DNA of 63,994 bases, filler included, from Jimgerdemannia flammicorona (lineage: Eukaryota): NCBI GenBank assembly GCA_003990765.1. It is 3 parts of 3 records of this genome, joined end to end, with 100 filler letters (N's around TTAATTAATTAA, not from the genome) between each part and the next. Parts side by side here need not be neighbours in the genome. Positions count along the whole stretch, not along the records: positions 1 to 21,540 come from RBNJ01001432.1; positions 21,641 to 43,175 come from RBNJ01001433.1; 1 more part is not named here. One strand, given 5' to 3'. A model generated the notes under the pieces. The model saw only the letters and a list, made by a program, of their open reading frames with translations, was not told the DNA's origin and did not search any database. Positions 10,840-23,667 of the stretch are shown one piece after another (the first letter of the stretch is position 1; each line of letters opens with the position of its first letter). The translations under genes and the position numbers were made by a program.

Positions 10840-12824
10840 ACTGTCCTCCTCTGAACTTCCAACCCCTTCGCTTGACGAAATCAAGACATGGGATAAAAAG
10901 AACGTCTATGAACACTCAGCATCCCGCACTCAGATTCAAACCCGAACATACGACAGTCTTGCGGGATAAGGAAGTGGACGGAAACGCTCTCCTGCTGACT
11001 GAAAAAGCCCTATTAGAGCCTCCGTTTAATTTAAAAGGCGGTCTTTTGATCAAAATTATGGGTGAGATTTCTCGATTACATGCTACGGCAACAACTGTCA
11101 AATTCGTACCCTAAGTAACGGTTATATAAAGGATATTCAGGAATTCATTATCGAGTAAACGATTTCGCCAAAGATTATGAATACATTCGAAGTTTGGTGT
11201 CCTCATTGATGGCAAATTGAAATATCTTTTGTATCTGGCATAGAGATCGGCGTCGATCAGCAAACATCTATGAAAGGTTCAAAAATTTTCTTAATATAAT
11301 ATTTATTGTCACAACACATAATCTGTTGTCTGGAATTTGAAATAATTTCTGCCCATAATTATATGTAATAGCCAGCGGCCGCAGTCCAGCCGAAACCAGA
11401 ATCAAGAAGACTGAGGCCAAAATCGATCGTATGACTCAAAAGGTCGAATCGCCAACTGATGAGAAGGAGAAAGATCAATCTCGTAAACCACGAACGGAAC
11501 TTTATGAAACGAAGTGCAACCTTTCCGATATTGAGAAAGAGCAACTCCGAGGTAGGTGGAATATGCGGCTATATTGTGCAATCATTCGAGAAATGGGATT
11601 TCGGGGGATGGCAGAGTGATTTAATTTTTAATATTAATACATTCTCATCCCACATTATGCGTGGTACAAAAGGGATAAAGAATAACAACGAAGACTTAAG
11701 TATCGGCAAGAGAGATATCCTCAGCAGCCTCGAAAAACTTCACCGCAAGGTTAAAAAACTGCCCAAGCTTTTGCTCCATCTACATGAGGATACAGTCCCG
11801 CGACTATTTTACATTTTTCCCGAGGATGGTGATTGGTGCGGGCCATCGACTGAAAACTTCTTCACCAAAACTTTCCGTCTACACTTTCTATGCGAGCACG
11901 AAACAATCCATAACGGTAGGATAAAAAAACAATTCCACCTGACGGATCATGCCGGCTACCTTTTGGAACGGCCACGCGAGGTATGTTATTACGATATTCG
12001 AATGACACGCACTCCTGTTATCACAATACTGATGCTAATTTTTCTGCTTTACTCATCTTTGCATTAATGTATTTCAGTTTTTAATAAAATATGGAAAGTA
12101 CATTCATATGGTATGTTGTCTGTTTGGAAGCGTGTCAGCAGAGGTCTATACGCAGATTGAAAACACTTTGAAGGCGGTTGGGGACGAGCTCGAGGATACT
12201 GAGATTCTGCCGCGAAGAAAGCCGGGTCTGATGGAAAGACCTGATCTACGAGAACTTCAAGGTGGAGCAATGCATTGCCTTTCTTGTTCATGTGCGCACG
12301 TGCCAATTTTGATACAGTCATGGTAATGACAATATAAATATATATATATATTATTTTAATTTCTGCTTATAGGCTATCTTGAGCGCTTTGATAAAGCCAA
12401 CCGACTTGGGAATTTGCAGCGCGTGCTCCGTCGGGGAGAAAATGGTAGCACTACTATGGGGTGGGTCTGCCGGCATCATGCCTGGGAATGGGATACGCCA
12501 AACGCCGTTCTGAGTCTTTATACAGCCATCACGAGCAGTTCCGACTTTGACTGCGTTACGTTTGATGACAAAACTTGGGAGCTGACGTTCGTATTACCAT
12601 CTGACCTATATTATTCATTGTATGTCTTTCATATCAATGTTATATTTTTATTCAAGCCTTTATTTATTTTAACACCAGGATCCAGAACTTATCAAAGGAT
12701 TCTCTGCATACCCTGCGAAATTCGGTGGCGCGTGAACTGTCTTGCGTCCCTTTGAGGAAAATCAGGTATTTGGTTGATTATACTTGTCTAGAATGAACAA
12801 TTCATCTAGAATTACTAATGAATG

Positions 12825-12898
<74 letters not shown>

Positions 12899-15459
12899 AT
12901 AGTATTGGGCATTGTGATAAGCCTATTCCTGAAGATGTGGAAGCTTTGATTAATTCCGCGACCACTATTGAGACCCTTGAGTAAGTATGTCAAATTTATT
13001 TGATGAAATAGATAAAGTAAATGCTAATATATATTACTATTGATATGCTTATCTAGTCTAAATGGAATGATGAACATGTGGTGCAAAAATATTTCTTTTT
13101 TTTTTTTTTTTTTTTTTTTTTTGTTTGATGAGTCATTACCTACAATAATATGTTCTAATGAAACCAACCTTTTTCCTGTCTGTAGCATTCGAAATATTGT
13201 TCAGACCTGTCTTCAACTAAGAGAAATCAATTTTTCTGGCATGTTATAACAACTTAAATATCTCCATTCATTCATATTTGATATTATTATCCATGAAAGC
13301 CTAACTGTCAGTTGTGTATGCCATTGTCATGCGTTTCTAGGCAGTATTATTGACCATAAAGAAATCGTCACACTAGCCGAAGTCCTTAAAGCGAGCACGA
13401 GCTTGCAAAGGCTGTCACTGGAAAGTATGTTGGGCGAAGCACGGCATATTTATGCACTCATCTGATTGTTGTCCCCACTGGCAACCATGCTCATGGATTT
13501 TATTGTACCTCTGTAGACAGTGGTATTGGTGAGATGGGAGCCAGCGTACTCGCCGAAGCGGTAAAAACGAACACGAACCTGCGAAACCTGAATCTATCCT
13601 GTGCGTAGAAATAAGCGCATTATATTTTCGCATTTATTTCTCTGAGGAACGTGCGTGTACATTATATATGTTCCTCTTTAGGCAATCGTATCGGCGAGAA
13701 TGGAGCTAAGGCACTAGCCGTAGCTTTGAAAGAGAACAGGTGCCTGCAAAACCTGAATCTATACGGTATGTAGAAATGAAGCACATTATATTTTTACATT
13801 TACCAGAACAGTGTTCTAGCTGTTGACCATTTTATTTGTTCCAATGTAGGCAATTGTATTGTCGAGATGGGAGCCAGTAAACTAGCCGAAGCGCTGGAAA
13901 TGAATGCGAACCTGGAAACCCTGAATCTTCAAAGTATGTAATTAGGAAAAAATTAATTGCGCTGTTTGATGCTCTAACTGCGTACATGTTATGTGATTCA
14001 CTGTAGACAATGGTATTGCCGAGAACGGAGCCAGTGCTCTAGCAGAAGCTCTGAAAAAGAATAAGAGCCTGCAAACCTTGAATCTACACAGTACGTAGAA
14101 ATGCATTATATTTTGTATTCATCTCCATAGTGTTCTAACTGTATACATTTTGTGTGCTCCGCTGTAGGCAATGTTATAGGCGGGAAAGGAACCAAGGCAC
14201 TAGCCGAAGCACTGAAAATGAACAAGAGCCTGCAAAAGCTGGATCTATATGGTATACAGAAACAAATTTCCATATTTTTATCATTCATCTGTATGTTATT
14301 CTAGCTGAAAATTACGTTTATATATTTTATGTGTTCCCCCGCAGGCAATGTCATTGGCAAAGAGGGAGCCGAAGCACTAGCCGAAGCACTCAAAAAGAAC
14401 ACGAGCCTGCAAAAACTGAATCTACATGGTATATAGGAATGAATGAAATACATTGTATTTCGGCATACCTCTCTTTAATGTGACAGCTGCAAATAACGCC
14501 CATACATTTTATCTATTCTTCCATAGGCAATGGTATTGGCGCGAATGAAGCCTGTGTAATAGCCGAAGGACTGAAAATTAACACTACCTTAAAAGAACTC
14601 TTTCTTGCGTGTAAGCATGGATAAGGGCATTACATATTTACAAAAATCACCTTAGTGTTCTAGTTGATATCCATGCGTAAATATTTCTTGTGCTCCTCTC
14701 TAGGCAATGACATTCACGCCGATGGAGCCAGAGCACTAGCCGAAGCACTGGAAACGAATATGAGCCTGAAAACCTTGGATCTATATGGTATGCAAAATAA
14801 AGTGCATTCTTTTTGTACAGTATTCAAGCTGACAATCGCATGTGTACATTTTAATTGATCCTCTGTAGGTAATTGCATTGGCGATGAGGGAGCCATAGTA
14901 TTAGCTGAAGCATTGAAAAAGAAAACGAACCTGGAAAACCTGTATCTCTCCAGTATGTAGGAATGGAGTGGATTGTTTTTAGATTCCTCTGTTTATTGCT
15001 CAAGCTGACAACTATGTGGATCCATTATATGTGATCCTCTGTAGACAATGGTATTGGTGAGATGGGAGCGAGGGCACTAGCCAAAGCGCTCACAAAGAAC
15101 ATTGGCCTGCAAAAACTGGGTTTATGTAGTAAGTGGGAATGAATTTTGGCATTCATCTTTTTAGTGTTCTAGCTGATAACTCACGCGAACGTTTTATTTG
15201 ATCCTCGGTAGGCAATGATATTGGCGAGAAGGGAGCCCAAAAATTAGCCAATTCACTAAAAAGGAACATGAGCCTGAAAAACCTGAGTGTACAAAGTACG
15301 AAAAATGAAGCGCATTTATCTCTTTAGCATTCCAGCTGATAACCATGTGTGCACATTTTGTCTTCTTCTGCAGAGAGTGATATTGGAAGGATGGGAGCCC
15401 TCGCTCTGGACGAAGCGCGGGAAGTTAACCCGTACCTCAAACTTTCTTGGCCCAAGTAG
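10840..15459 (+). CDS. Multi-exon gene: SAM-like domain + COR/TORNADO1-C-like domain + RI-type (NLRC3-like) leucine-rich repeats; 5' part possibly disrupted
   Basis: SAM-like motif (EIKTWDKKNV / EVDGNALLLTEKALL...KIMGEISRL). Central motifs VPRLFYIFP...FRLHFLCEH...HLTDHAGY, RLGNLQRV, WVCRHH. LRR consensus NxIGxxGAxALAEALKxNxSLQxLxL in GT-AG exons. Stop TAG at 15457-15459; start uncertain; region CpG-rich. Confidence 0.8.
13341..15295 (+). repeat. Array of twelve 84-nt phase-1 exons, each one 28-aa LRR, with homologous introns
   Basis: Exons 13341-13424, 13517-13600, 13682-13765, 13850-13933, 14007-14090, 14168-14251, 14345-14428, 14527-14610, 14704-14787, 14869-14952, 15045-15128, 15212-15295, all bounded by AG|...|GT. 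Last exon begins at 15374. Confidence 0.93.
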
Positions 15460-15959
15460 AAATGGATGGAGCATCTTATGTTTTTTCATCCGTCTGACCC
15501 GCTTTCACCTAACAGCAATTCGTATATATTTTATGTATCAATTATATTTTATACCGGCGGGAAAATTGTGGAACGGGCAACCTATTATGGCAGATATCTT
15601 TATATAACAGTATTGCCGATCCTTAAAAACAGATGGTACCATGAGAGCCATCACAGCTCATTCGAAAAAGACATCCAGACCCTGATGAAATTTAAGGGGG
15701 AAAAAGGTCGATGACTCCAATCGCCGAATACTTATCCGTTAAAAAGATAAAATTAAGTAATATAGTTATGAACATAGTTCAAACTTCGGCAAAGTGGCCG
15801 AGCCACGGACATTCATGCTGTTGCGCAAATTAGTTTCCTCTCAACCTAAGCATCTTAAGATAGCATAAGTCTCATTTATGCCAGTTTTGCCCCATTGCAA
15901 TTTAAATGCTAGCACCAGTTTCATTTCGCATCCATTCAATTTAAACTTTTAGTTTAGTA

Positions 15960-17530
15960 TCTGTCTCAGAGTAGTACTGCACAGTTACCTATATATGTCA
16001 CTTGCCCTGCTGGATCTATCTACATCCAAGTTGGGTGCTTTGCCAGTTAAGCTGTAGCAATTGTAATCCTTTTCTGTATACAATATCATACCCCCTATCC
16101 ATCAGTCACACAGAGCCCCTCCAGCACTTTCCATGCTCAAATACTCTCAAACACCTCTGCCTGGGCCTCTTCTGATTCCTGATCTACTGAACCTACACAC
16201 TCTCTGCAAAGACCAATTGAGCACCCTTTGCTGCAATTATGACTTACTAATGGATGGTCTAAAAGAAGCCTAATTACATATCTTAACACCAACTATCCAG
16301 ATTCAGTTCCTCTATCAGAAGGACAGAATGCTCTTATTGAGTATCTTCTCCTAATGCTAGCTATATGGTTGGCAATACTGAGTTTAGCTACACTTAGTCC
16401 AGTATCCTCTGCCCTAGCTATACCTATTCTAGTAGTACTTCTATTACTTCTCCAACTATCACCAGCTCTACCAATTATTATCAGACTATTAGTAGAGCTG
16501 CTGTATCTCACAATTCCCTTACTACTACTATATATAACTGACTCTTTCCAGTAGTGAGTCTATTCCTTTATTTATTTCTGATACTATATTAAGATGAGAC
16601 TAGATATCTCCCAACTTCCTGATATTGCTGAAGGCAGAGAAGTATTAAATTCTAGCTGAATGGACTGATTTAGCTCTTATTTCACATTCTGACAATCAGA
16701 AGAAACTTAAAAATACATATCTTACTGACCACAACCTTGATCTACCTCTCTGGCCCAAAGCTATCTTCAATATTTAGATTATACTTCTAGCTTTAAGCTC
16801 TTTTTGCATTACTATATATATCTTATATATATCTGAGCTTCTGGTATATATTCTCTTTATTATTAAGGCTATTAATGATTAGTATAATTAGGTAGTACTT
16901 CAGTGTTTTAATAAACAGATTTATCTGTTAAAAGTATCCTTTGTAGATCTTAACATTGGTAACCCAGAGGTCATCTACCAGATCTTCAAAATAATTATTA
17001 ATTAACCATTATTAGTACCTCTTATCTACTAGCCTATTCATCATATCTCTCTTCTCAATCTACTGGCCCACACCTCAGATATCTCTAAGGCCACTCAGTC
17101 ATATAATTTCTTATGCTTTTAATGTGAGATATAGGAATATTTATCTATTTCCTATATCCAGACCTCTCTTCTATAACCTATATTTGCTCAAAAGCTAGAT
17201 AACCAGCTCTACTCCAACAGTATAGCTAGCTCAGTTTGTCATATATATAATGAGATAAGATATTTCTATAACTCATACAGTCAAGCTCATGTCTGTTTCT
17301 TCTGTTATGGTCCACATACAGATCTGGTATACTCTACTCACTATAGCTAATCTTGTAATTCTAGTAAAATCCTCTGCTCCTCTCATTAAATATCATATAG
17401 CAACAAGCTCTTTACACCCATCCCAATCAACCATTAGTTCAGTTCTACCTAGTAGGCCTCTATCATAGTTACTTTCATTAGCAACTACTTCTATTCTGAG
17501 TTATATATTGATCCCTTATCTGATAATCCA
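15960..17530 (+). mobile_element. Degenerate DIRS/Ngaro-like retrotransposon gag remnant
   Basis: CpG-depleted block between CpG-rich islands. Decayed VCHIYN...AHVCFFCYGPH near 17235-17320 resembles the Cys/His C-terminus of tyrosine-recombinase retroelement Gag. Confidence 0.45.
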
Positions 17531-17545
17531 ACTACTCGCAAGAAT

Positions 17546-18137
17546 ATGATAGAAAAAACCGTCACTGCGAAAACGGCTGCCTCGCCCTTAACTGCTGCAG
17601 CTGCAAAGTCCCGTGGGGCTTCAAAGGTGAACTCAGCTGTAAGAATTTTTTTCATCAATTTGTGTTGCTAGTTTATGTTCCACCCCTCTCTCACGATTTC
17701 GCCTCATCCATAACATCTAAAAAAATCCCGCACAACAAATCTGACTGATAAAGAAGGCTGCCACGGCCAGGTCCGTCTCGTACCCAAAGAAACCTGGTGT
17801 CCGAGATACTAAGCCAGTGGAGGACGAGAAGCATGCTCCGACCAAGGCCACTACCACATCTTCGAGGCAGCCCTTTACACCAACGCCTGTCACGGTTGTC
17901 GGAATCAAATCAGAGTGCATTGCCATCGTTGTAGAGGCAGAGCGCAGCACGTCTGACTCGTCATCGCATTATTAATTCACAAACTTCGCAAATACCTCTT
18001 CAGATAGGCATCTCCACCCCACTTTTCCGCTGCAATCGAAGGGCCTGAGGTCAAAATCACCCTCGCGCATCCCCATCAAGCAGTCAACCAGCATTAATAC
18101 GAACAAGAGAACGTTGCCACCCACGCCACGTTGCTGA
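17546..18137 (+). CDS. Small spliced Lys/Thr/Pro/Ala-rich low-complexity protein, or 3' fragment of a gene
   Basis: MIEKTVTAKTAASP...SK, then GT..AG, KAATARSVSYPKKPG..., then GT..AG, ...RSKSPSRIPIKQ...PPTPRC*. CpG-rich; splice sites inferred. Confidence 0.4.
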
Positions 18138-21100
18138 CTCAATTCCTCAAATTGTAAAGTGATGTGACAATAACGACTGAGGGTTTATTTTGTGATGAAC
18201 GTCTAGAGTCATGACATCTTAAAGAGCGAGGTTTAGTTATGCGATTCATTTTGATAGCTGTTCGCTCCGAAATAACGATAGAAAAAATAAATACGAAAGA
18301 CTCACACGCTTCGAAAACATGCGAGCAGCGAAAACGAGAATAAAAGAGGACACATGTTAATCAGGATACCTCCATATTGTTATATTAACCCTGTATTTAT
18401 TGTTTGAAAAATTTTCATTCCAGACACCGGAATGACGATTATATTATATGGCAAATACAACATAACCACACATAGTGAAATTTCGTAAGAAGAGAATGAA
18501 ACAGGAGGTATGTGGCAAAGCTATAAATTACCCTGCTTCTTTATTGCCATAAACCGACAAAACACCAGACGCGATAAGTCCAATGTATGCGCAATCAGAT
18601 GGATAGAGCGAATAAACCAGTTCAATTCCCAATGTGAAAAAGGACTCACCACGAGGCTCTTCCTAGCAACTCGAACTTGAATAACACATTTCGCTCCAAA
18701 GTCTTGCATTTGCACTCAGAAGAAGTCTCAGAACTTGAACTGGATTGCACTTAGTTCCTCTGATACTTCGCTGTGAACACTTTTTTAAGTTCCCCCGAAA
18801 ACAAGCCACCGATTGTGTCTGATCGGGGTGCACATGACAATCGGTTCGACTCGAAAAGGACGGACCCGACGAGCCGGCGAGCATGACTCACAAACATGCA
18901 AAATATCCTCGTCAACAGTGACAACCCCAAAGAAGACAAGGTTTCCGGCTCCAATGATGAACTCCTCCTTCCCCCGCACTTCACAAATTATTGTAGGCTT
19001 GCCGTCTATATTTTTCGAAAAGAATATATTTCACTTGCCACAAAATCGTAACTGCTCTTCCTCGAATGCTTGGTTTCAAAGGAAGAATGAATTATAAATG
19101 GCCGAAATTGCTTTGGTTTGACCTCAAAGGGATATATTGGTTATGGGACTTTGCGTATATTCTATGATATGCATAATGGTAATGGTAACCCATTTTCCTA
19201 GCGATTTTTGACAGATACCATAGGTGCCGAGGCGCAGATTTGTTCCAGAATATTCGAAATAGTTTGATTGTTCAAGAAATTTCAAACGAGGATGTTGGTA
19301 ATGGGTGTCCCGGGCTACGCCAGTTCTATGTGATGCACTAATGTTAGGTGTTCCTGGAGCGCGTTATACCACGTTGTCCCAACGCACTTGAGTAATAATG
19401 AGTTCGATAATGCAAAAATAATTTGTGAAAGACGTTTCTGATGAAATGTCGATTAATCAATAAGCATACATCAATGGTAGATATATTTGACTTTGCGCCT
19501 GTACCTAAGTTTACTTTACATCCATTTCATTATCTCCAATAAGACAGTAATTACTCCCTAAGCAGGTCAGTAGAAACTGCTAGAAAATTTTCATGCATAC
19601 CTTGCCGGCACTCAGGACAACCACCTGCTACTGAATATCGTACAAATCACCCTCGCCGATATTGATACATACTACACGTCACCATGTCCACCATCTCCCA
19701 ACTCAGCCCATTAAATCCTCCGACCTATGCTTTATGGTGTGGCGCATTTTCTACAAATCGCAAAACCACGTGGCAAATCAAATTTACCGCTGCACTAGAC
19801 AACCGATTATGCAAGAATCATTACTGCTAAATACATGACATACACACGCGGCGAGTGACAGTCGCCACCTCTACGCCAAAGTCTACAACAAATTTAAAGT
19901 TCTGGCCAACAGTTCAAAAATCGACAAACCACGGCGGTCACTACCCGCCACCCGAATCTGCCTAGACCTCATACTTTTTGCTCTCTCTGCATCACACGCT
20001 GAATCCACACCTACCAATTCAGTTCTCAATGTCCTGTTTGTCTTTGACGACGCTCAAGGCAGAATTTGCGAGGCCCTTGACATCTTCCCCATAGACCCTT
20101 TTATCTTCATCCTTCACATCACCACCAACGACCGGCACGTTACCCTCTCGCCACCACCCCTCTTCCCTTCGGGCTCCATTGTTATCCTTGGAACCAACCG
20201 ATGACCCCTTCCCCCGGCGTAGCCTCCTCCTGAGCTTCAATAGATGTTCTTCGCCCAGCTCCACCAGGAACCCCTCGTATACATCGTGCTATTGGAAAAT
20301 TCCAGTCGCGTTTCACGCGACGTCCGCCCAGGTAGGCGGTCATAGTGGACGTCGCAGGTGTTGTGGAAGCGGAAGTGGCGGGTCTTGCGGTGAGATGGAA
20401 GCGCGCCAAGTTTGCAATCATCGCAATGGGAAAGTGCAACCAATTTTCACGTCCAAATCTGCGGTATATACCTGCATTTCCTCGCCGTCCTTTTTCTGCC
20501 CCCTTCCCAACCCGGTAAATTTGCTCGTCGAGTAAACGTGGAATGGTCGATGACCTGTCGCGATGGACAATAGAACAGATGTGCCTTTAAGGTTCTTGTC
20601 GATATTCTTTGGTACATTTGTTGATATATTTTTGCAGTTTATAATATATACTTCCAAAATAGTGGGCTAATTTATTCCCGTTCCACAAAATTCTGGAAAT
20701 TTCCCATGGTCATCCTGTGGATTCAATGTCTTAATCTTCACTCTATGCTTTTCCCAAAGATAGGTATTACGGGATGATCCGGGATATGTCACATTTGCGG
20801 GAGTCCGAGCACAAAAATCCCATTCTTGGTGCTTGTCGGTCGAGCATTTCCAATGCTTTCGCAACCGGGTGGCTAAAGGTTACCCCGAGATTGGATATTT
20901 TTAAATCGACCGTTTTGGGTTTTGTTTGTGGCAGAGCTTTTTTGTAGGGTTTGTTTGTGGTGACTTCGTGGCAAAGTTTTTTTGTGGGCTTCACTTGTGG
21001 GGGAGCTTCATTTGTGTGGACTTTACGGCTGGATTTTTTTGTGCCCTTGTTCGCGACTGAGTTTTTTGTGGCCTTTGTTCGAACACAGGGTTCGTGGCGA

Positions 21101-21540
21101 AACTAAAAAATTTGTGTGGCAGGCTTTAGTCACACCCTTTTGAACTGCGCATATATATATAATTATATACCGATGATCGCATTATGTTGGATTGGGCGAA
21201 CAGGTGACTTTGGAACCCTTCCGATTGGAAGTATATTAAATGGCACATAAACAGAGCAAGCCATAACCCCACAATCTGTTTCCTGACATTTTTCGCGGGG
21301 GGTTTTTTTTTTTTTTTTTTTTTTTCTTTGGGGGTTTTTTTTTTTTTTTTTTTTTTTTTCCGCAGCCGTGAAACCTTTTATTCTATTATTTTATTTATTA
21401 TATTATATTATATTATATTATATTATTCATTTTATTTATTGCTTTTCTCTGTTTGTTTCGGTTTTATTTATTTATTTACTTATTTTATATTAATTTTCTA
21501 CCGCGGCCGCGACGTTTCTTTTTTCTTTTCTTTTTTTTTT

Positions 21541-21640
21541 NNNNNNNNNNNNNNNNNNNNNNNNNNNNNNNNNNNNNNNNNNNNTTAATTAATTAANNNN
21601 NNNNNNNNNNNNNNNNNNNNNNNNNNNNNNNNNNNNNNNN
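21541..21640. other. Assembly gap / contig spacer
   Basis: N44-TTAATTAATTAA-N44; the spacer has stops in all six frames. Confidence 0.97.
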
Positions 21641-23635
21641 GGCTTGGGGGGAAGTATGAGGGGCCTGCTGGTGGGGGGCCATAGTAGAGGAGGGGGCGGG
21701 GCTAGAGGTCAAGGGTCTGGCAGGGTGAGCTTTGTGGAAAAGGTGAAGGGGGGTCGACAGAGAGCTGGACTGGAGAGGTGGCTGAGAGGGGGGAAGGTAT
21801 TGGTGGCAGCTTCCAGACAGCAATCTCTTGGGGGTACCTCTCTAGCGGGCCATAGGAGTAGAGCTGGGGGGGTAGCGGCTGGGATGGGGACTGCTGATGG
21901 GGGTATGATGGGTGATCTGGAAAAAAAATCTAGATGGGACTGCTGATGGGAGTGTGATGGGTGATCTGGAAAAAAAATCTAGATGGGACTGCTGATGGTG
22001 AGCCAAGCGGTGGGAAGGGCACGAGGCCCGAGGACCTGGCGGATGGTGTAACAGGACTGGTGGTGGCTCTGTTACTCAAGAAGTCGATCTCGGTATTCAC
22101 AGTCATGCTGTGCTTCCGGGGCTTAGCAGTGACAGCAAAAATGGTATTGGGGCTTATTGCTAAGCAGGTGGTAGGAGCGGCTTCAGTGAAGTTTCTGAAG
22201 GGACTGGAGGGGGTGGAGGTGGGATTTGAGGAGGTTGAACTGCTGGAGGAAGTGCTGAAGGTTGGGTTGGTGGTTGGGGAGGTGTGTGTTCTGATGGCGA
22301 GGTGTCTGAAATGGGATCTGAGGGTGGTCCAACTGCTGGTGAAAGGAGTACCCATGGTGATGGCGATGGAGATGAGGAAGAGAGTGGAGGATGTTATGGC
22401 GGAGTATGGAGAGGTAGTGGATATCAGATTCAGGGTCTGGGAAGGGACCACGCTCAGGACTGGAGATGTAGATGTGAGGATTCGGCTGGCTGGGAAAGAG
22501 GCTACTGGGAAGACGAGGGACTGGCCTTTGGTGTTGGTCTGGGGAGCTTTCCTGTACAAGGTGATGTGGGTGAAAGGAAGTAAAGAAGAGGAGGAAGATT
22601 TATTGGAAGCACTGGAGGAGCTGGATGGGGCTGTGGAATGGCAAGCTAAGGCCTGGAAGACTTTCAAGGAGTTGATGCTCCTGGAGGTGGTGGATGGAAA
22701 GAGGATTTGAGTGAACAAGGTACAGTGGGAAAGAGCTCAGGGGTGGAAGAGGCAGAAGGATCTGCTGGCTAAGCTGGGGAGTGGACTACAGAAGGATGCG
22801 AGCATGAAGATGGATGCAGAAGGGGCCGGAGCGAGTGTCTGGGCTGGTGAGAGAAGTGGGAATGATGGGACAAAGTCAGGGAAGGCTAAGGAGGCAAAGA
22901 TTAGCGACCTATATGCTGACGGTATCTTGGAGGTTTGGGATGAAGACTGGGAGAATTCCCCCACCCCTTCCCTTCTTATCAGGCATGGCCTGGCTTCCAG
23001 GAACAAGTCTGGGGAGGATGTGACGATGCTGGGGACCCAGCAGGTGAAATTTAGCGTTCTGGAGGTATTGGATGGAGACCGAGTAGTGGTGGCAGGGGAG
23101 GAGGAACTGGTGGATGTCCCGGAGGTGTGGGATGAGGATGCAAGTGTGGGAGCTGACACCACGATGCTGGATGGAGGGAGGCTGGCGACCCCTGGTGGAA
23201 AGGAGGTGGGGAACCTACTTTGGATGTGTTGGATGATGAATAACCTGGTGGCAGAAGAGCTGGGGGAGGTGGACTTGTGTGGGATGGGTGACAAGCACTA
23301 GATGAGAATTTTACAGGGGGAAGGAGTGGCAATGGCGCTGAAGGCGGAAATTCTCGTGGTATATCTGGAGGAGGAAGGGTATGAGGTGGATAAGGAGAGG
23401 GAGGCGGAGTTGGTGGTGGTCACTGGGGAGAAGGCTGAGTACTGTTGGAACAGACGGCATGGGTTGTAGCTTTGGCAGGAGACTTGTATCGAGTACCAAG
23501 AGGAGTTTGAGGAGAAGGCTGATAAGGAGATGAATGAGCTGTTGGCTGGACTGGAGGCTCAGAGGGCTGAAGAAGAGGAGGTGATGGCTGAACATAATCT
23601 GGACATGGTGTAGGAGGAGAGAGACATAGAGTAGT
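21641..23635 (+). pseudogene. LINE ORF1 (RRM-like) with a ~50-bp internal tandem duplication at 21883-21998
   Basis: LLVKGVP...VMAEYGEVVDI...TLRTGD resembles the RRM of Tx1 ORF1; acidic, coiled-coil-like C-terminus. Confidence 0.65.
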
Positions 23636-23667
23636 AGGGATTAATTGCAAACAAACCATATTTTACT

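Noticed and set aside
12825..12896. Long poly(A) run and poly-Phe ORFs in the LRR gene
   Set aside because: Intronic homopolymer with no clear TSD; the ORFs are artefacts of the run.
13341..15295. Regular repeat-spacer pattern as a CRISPR array
   Set aside because: The units are GT-AG-bounded exons encoding LRRs.
15466..15714. In-frame ORF after the LRR stop codon, as readthrough
   Set aside because: No recognisable motif; more simply the 3' UTR.
21585..21596. TTAATTAATTAA palindrome (also in the 43.2 kb gap)
   Set aside because: Artificial spacer within Ns; adjacency across it is not reliable.
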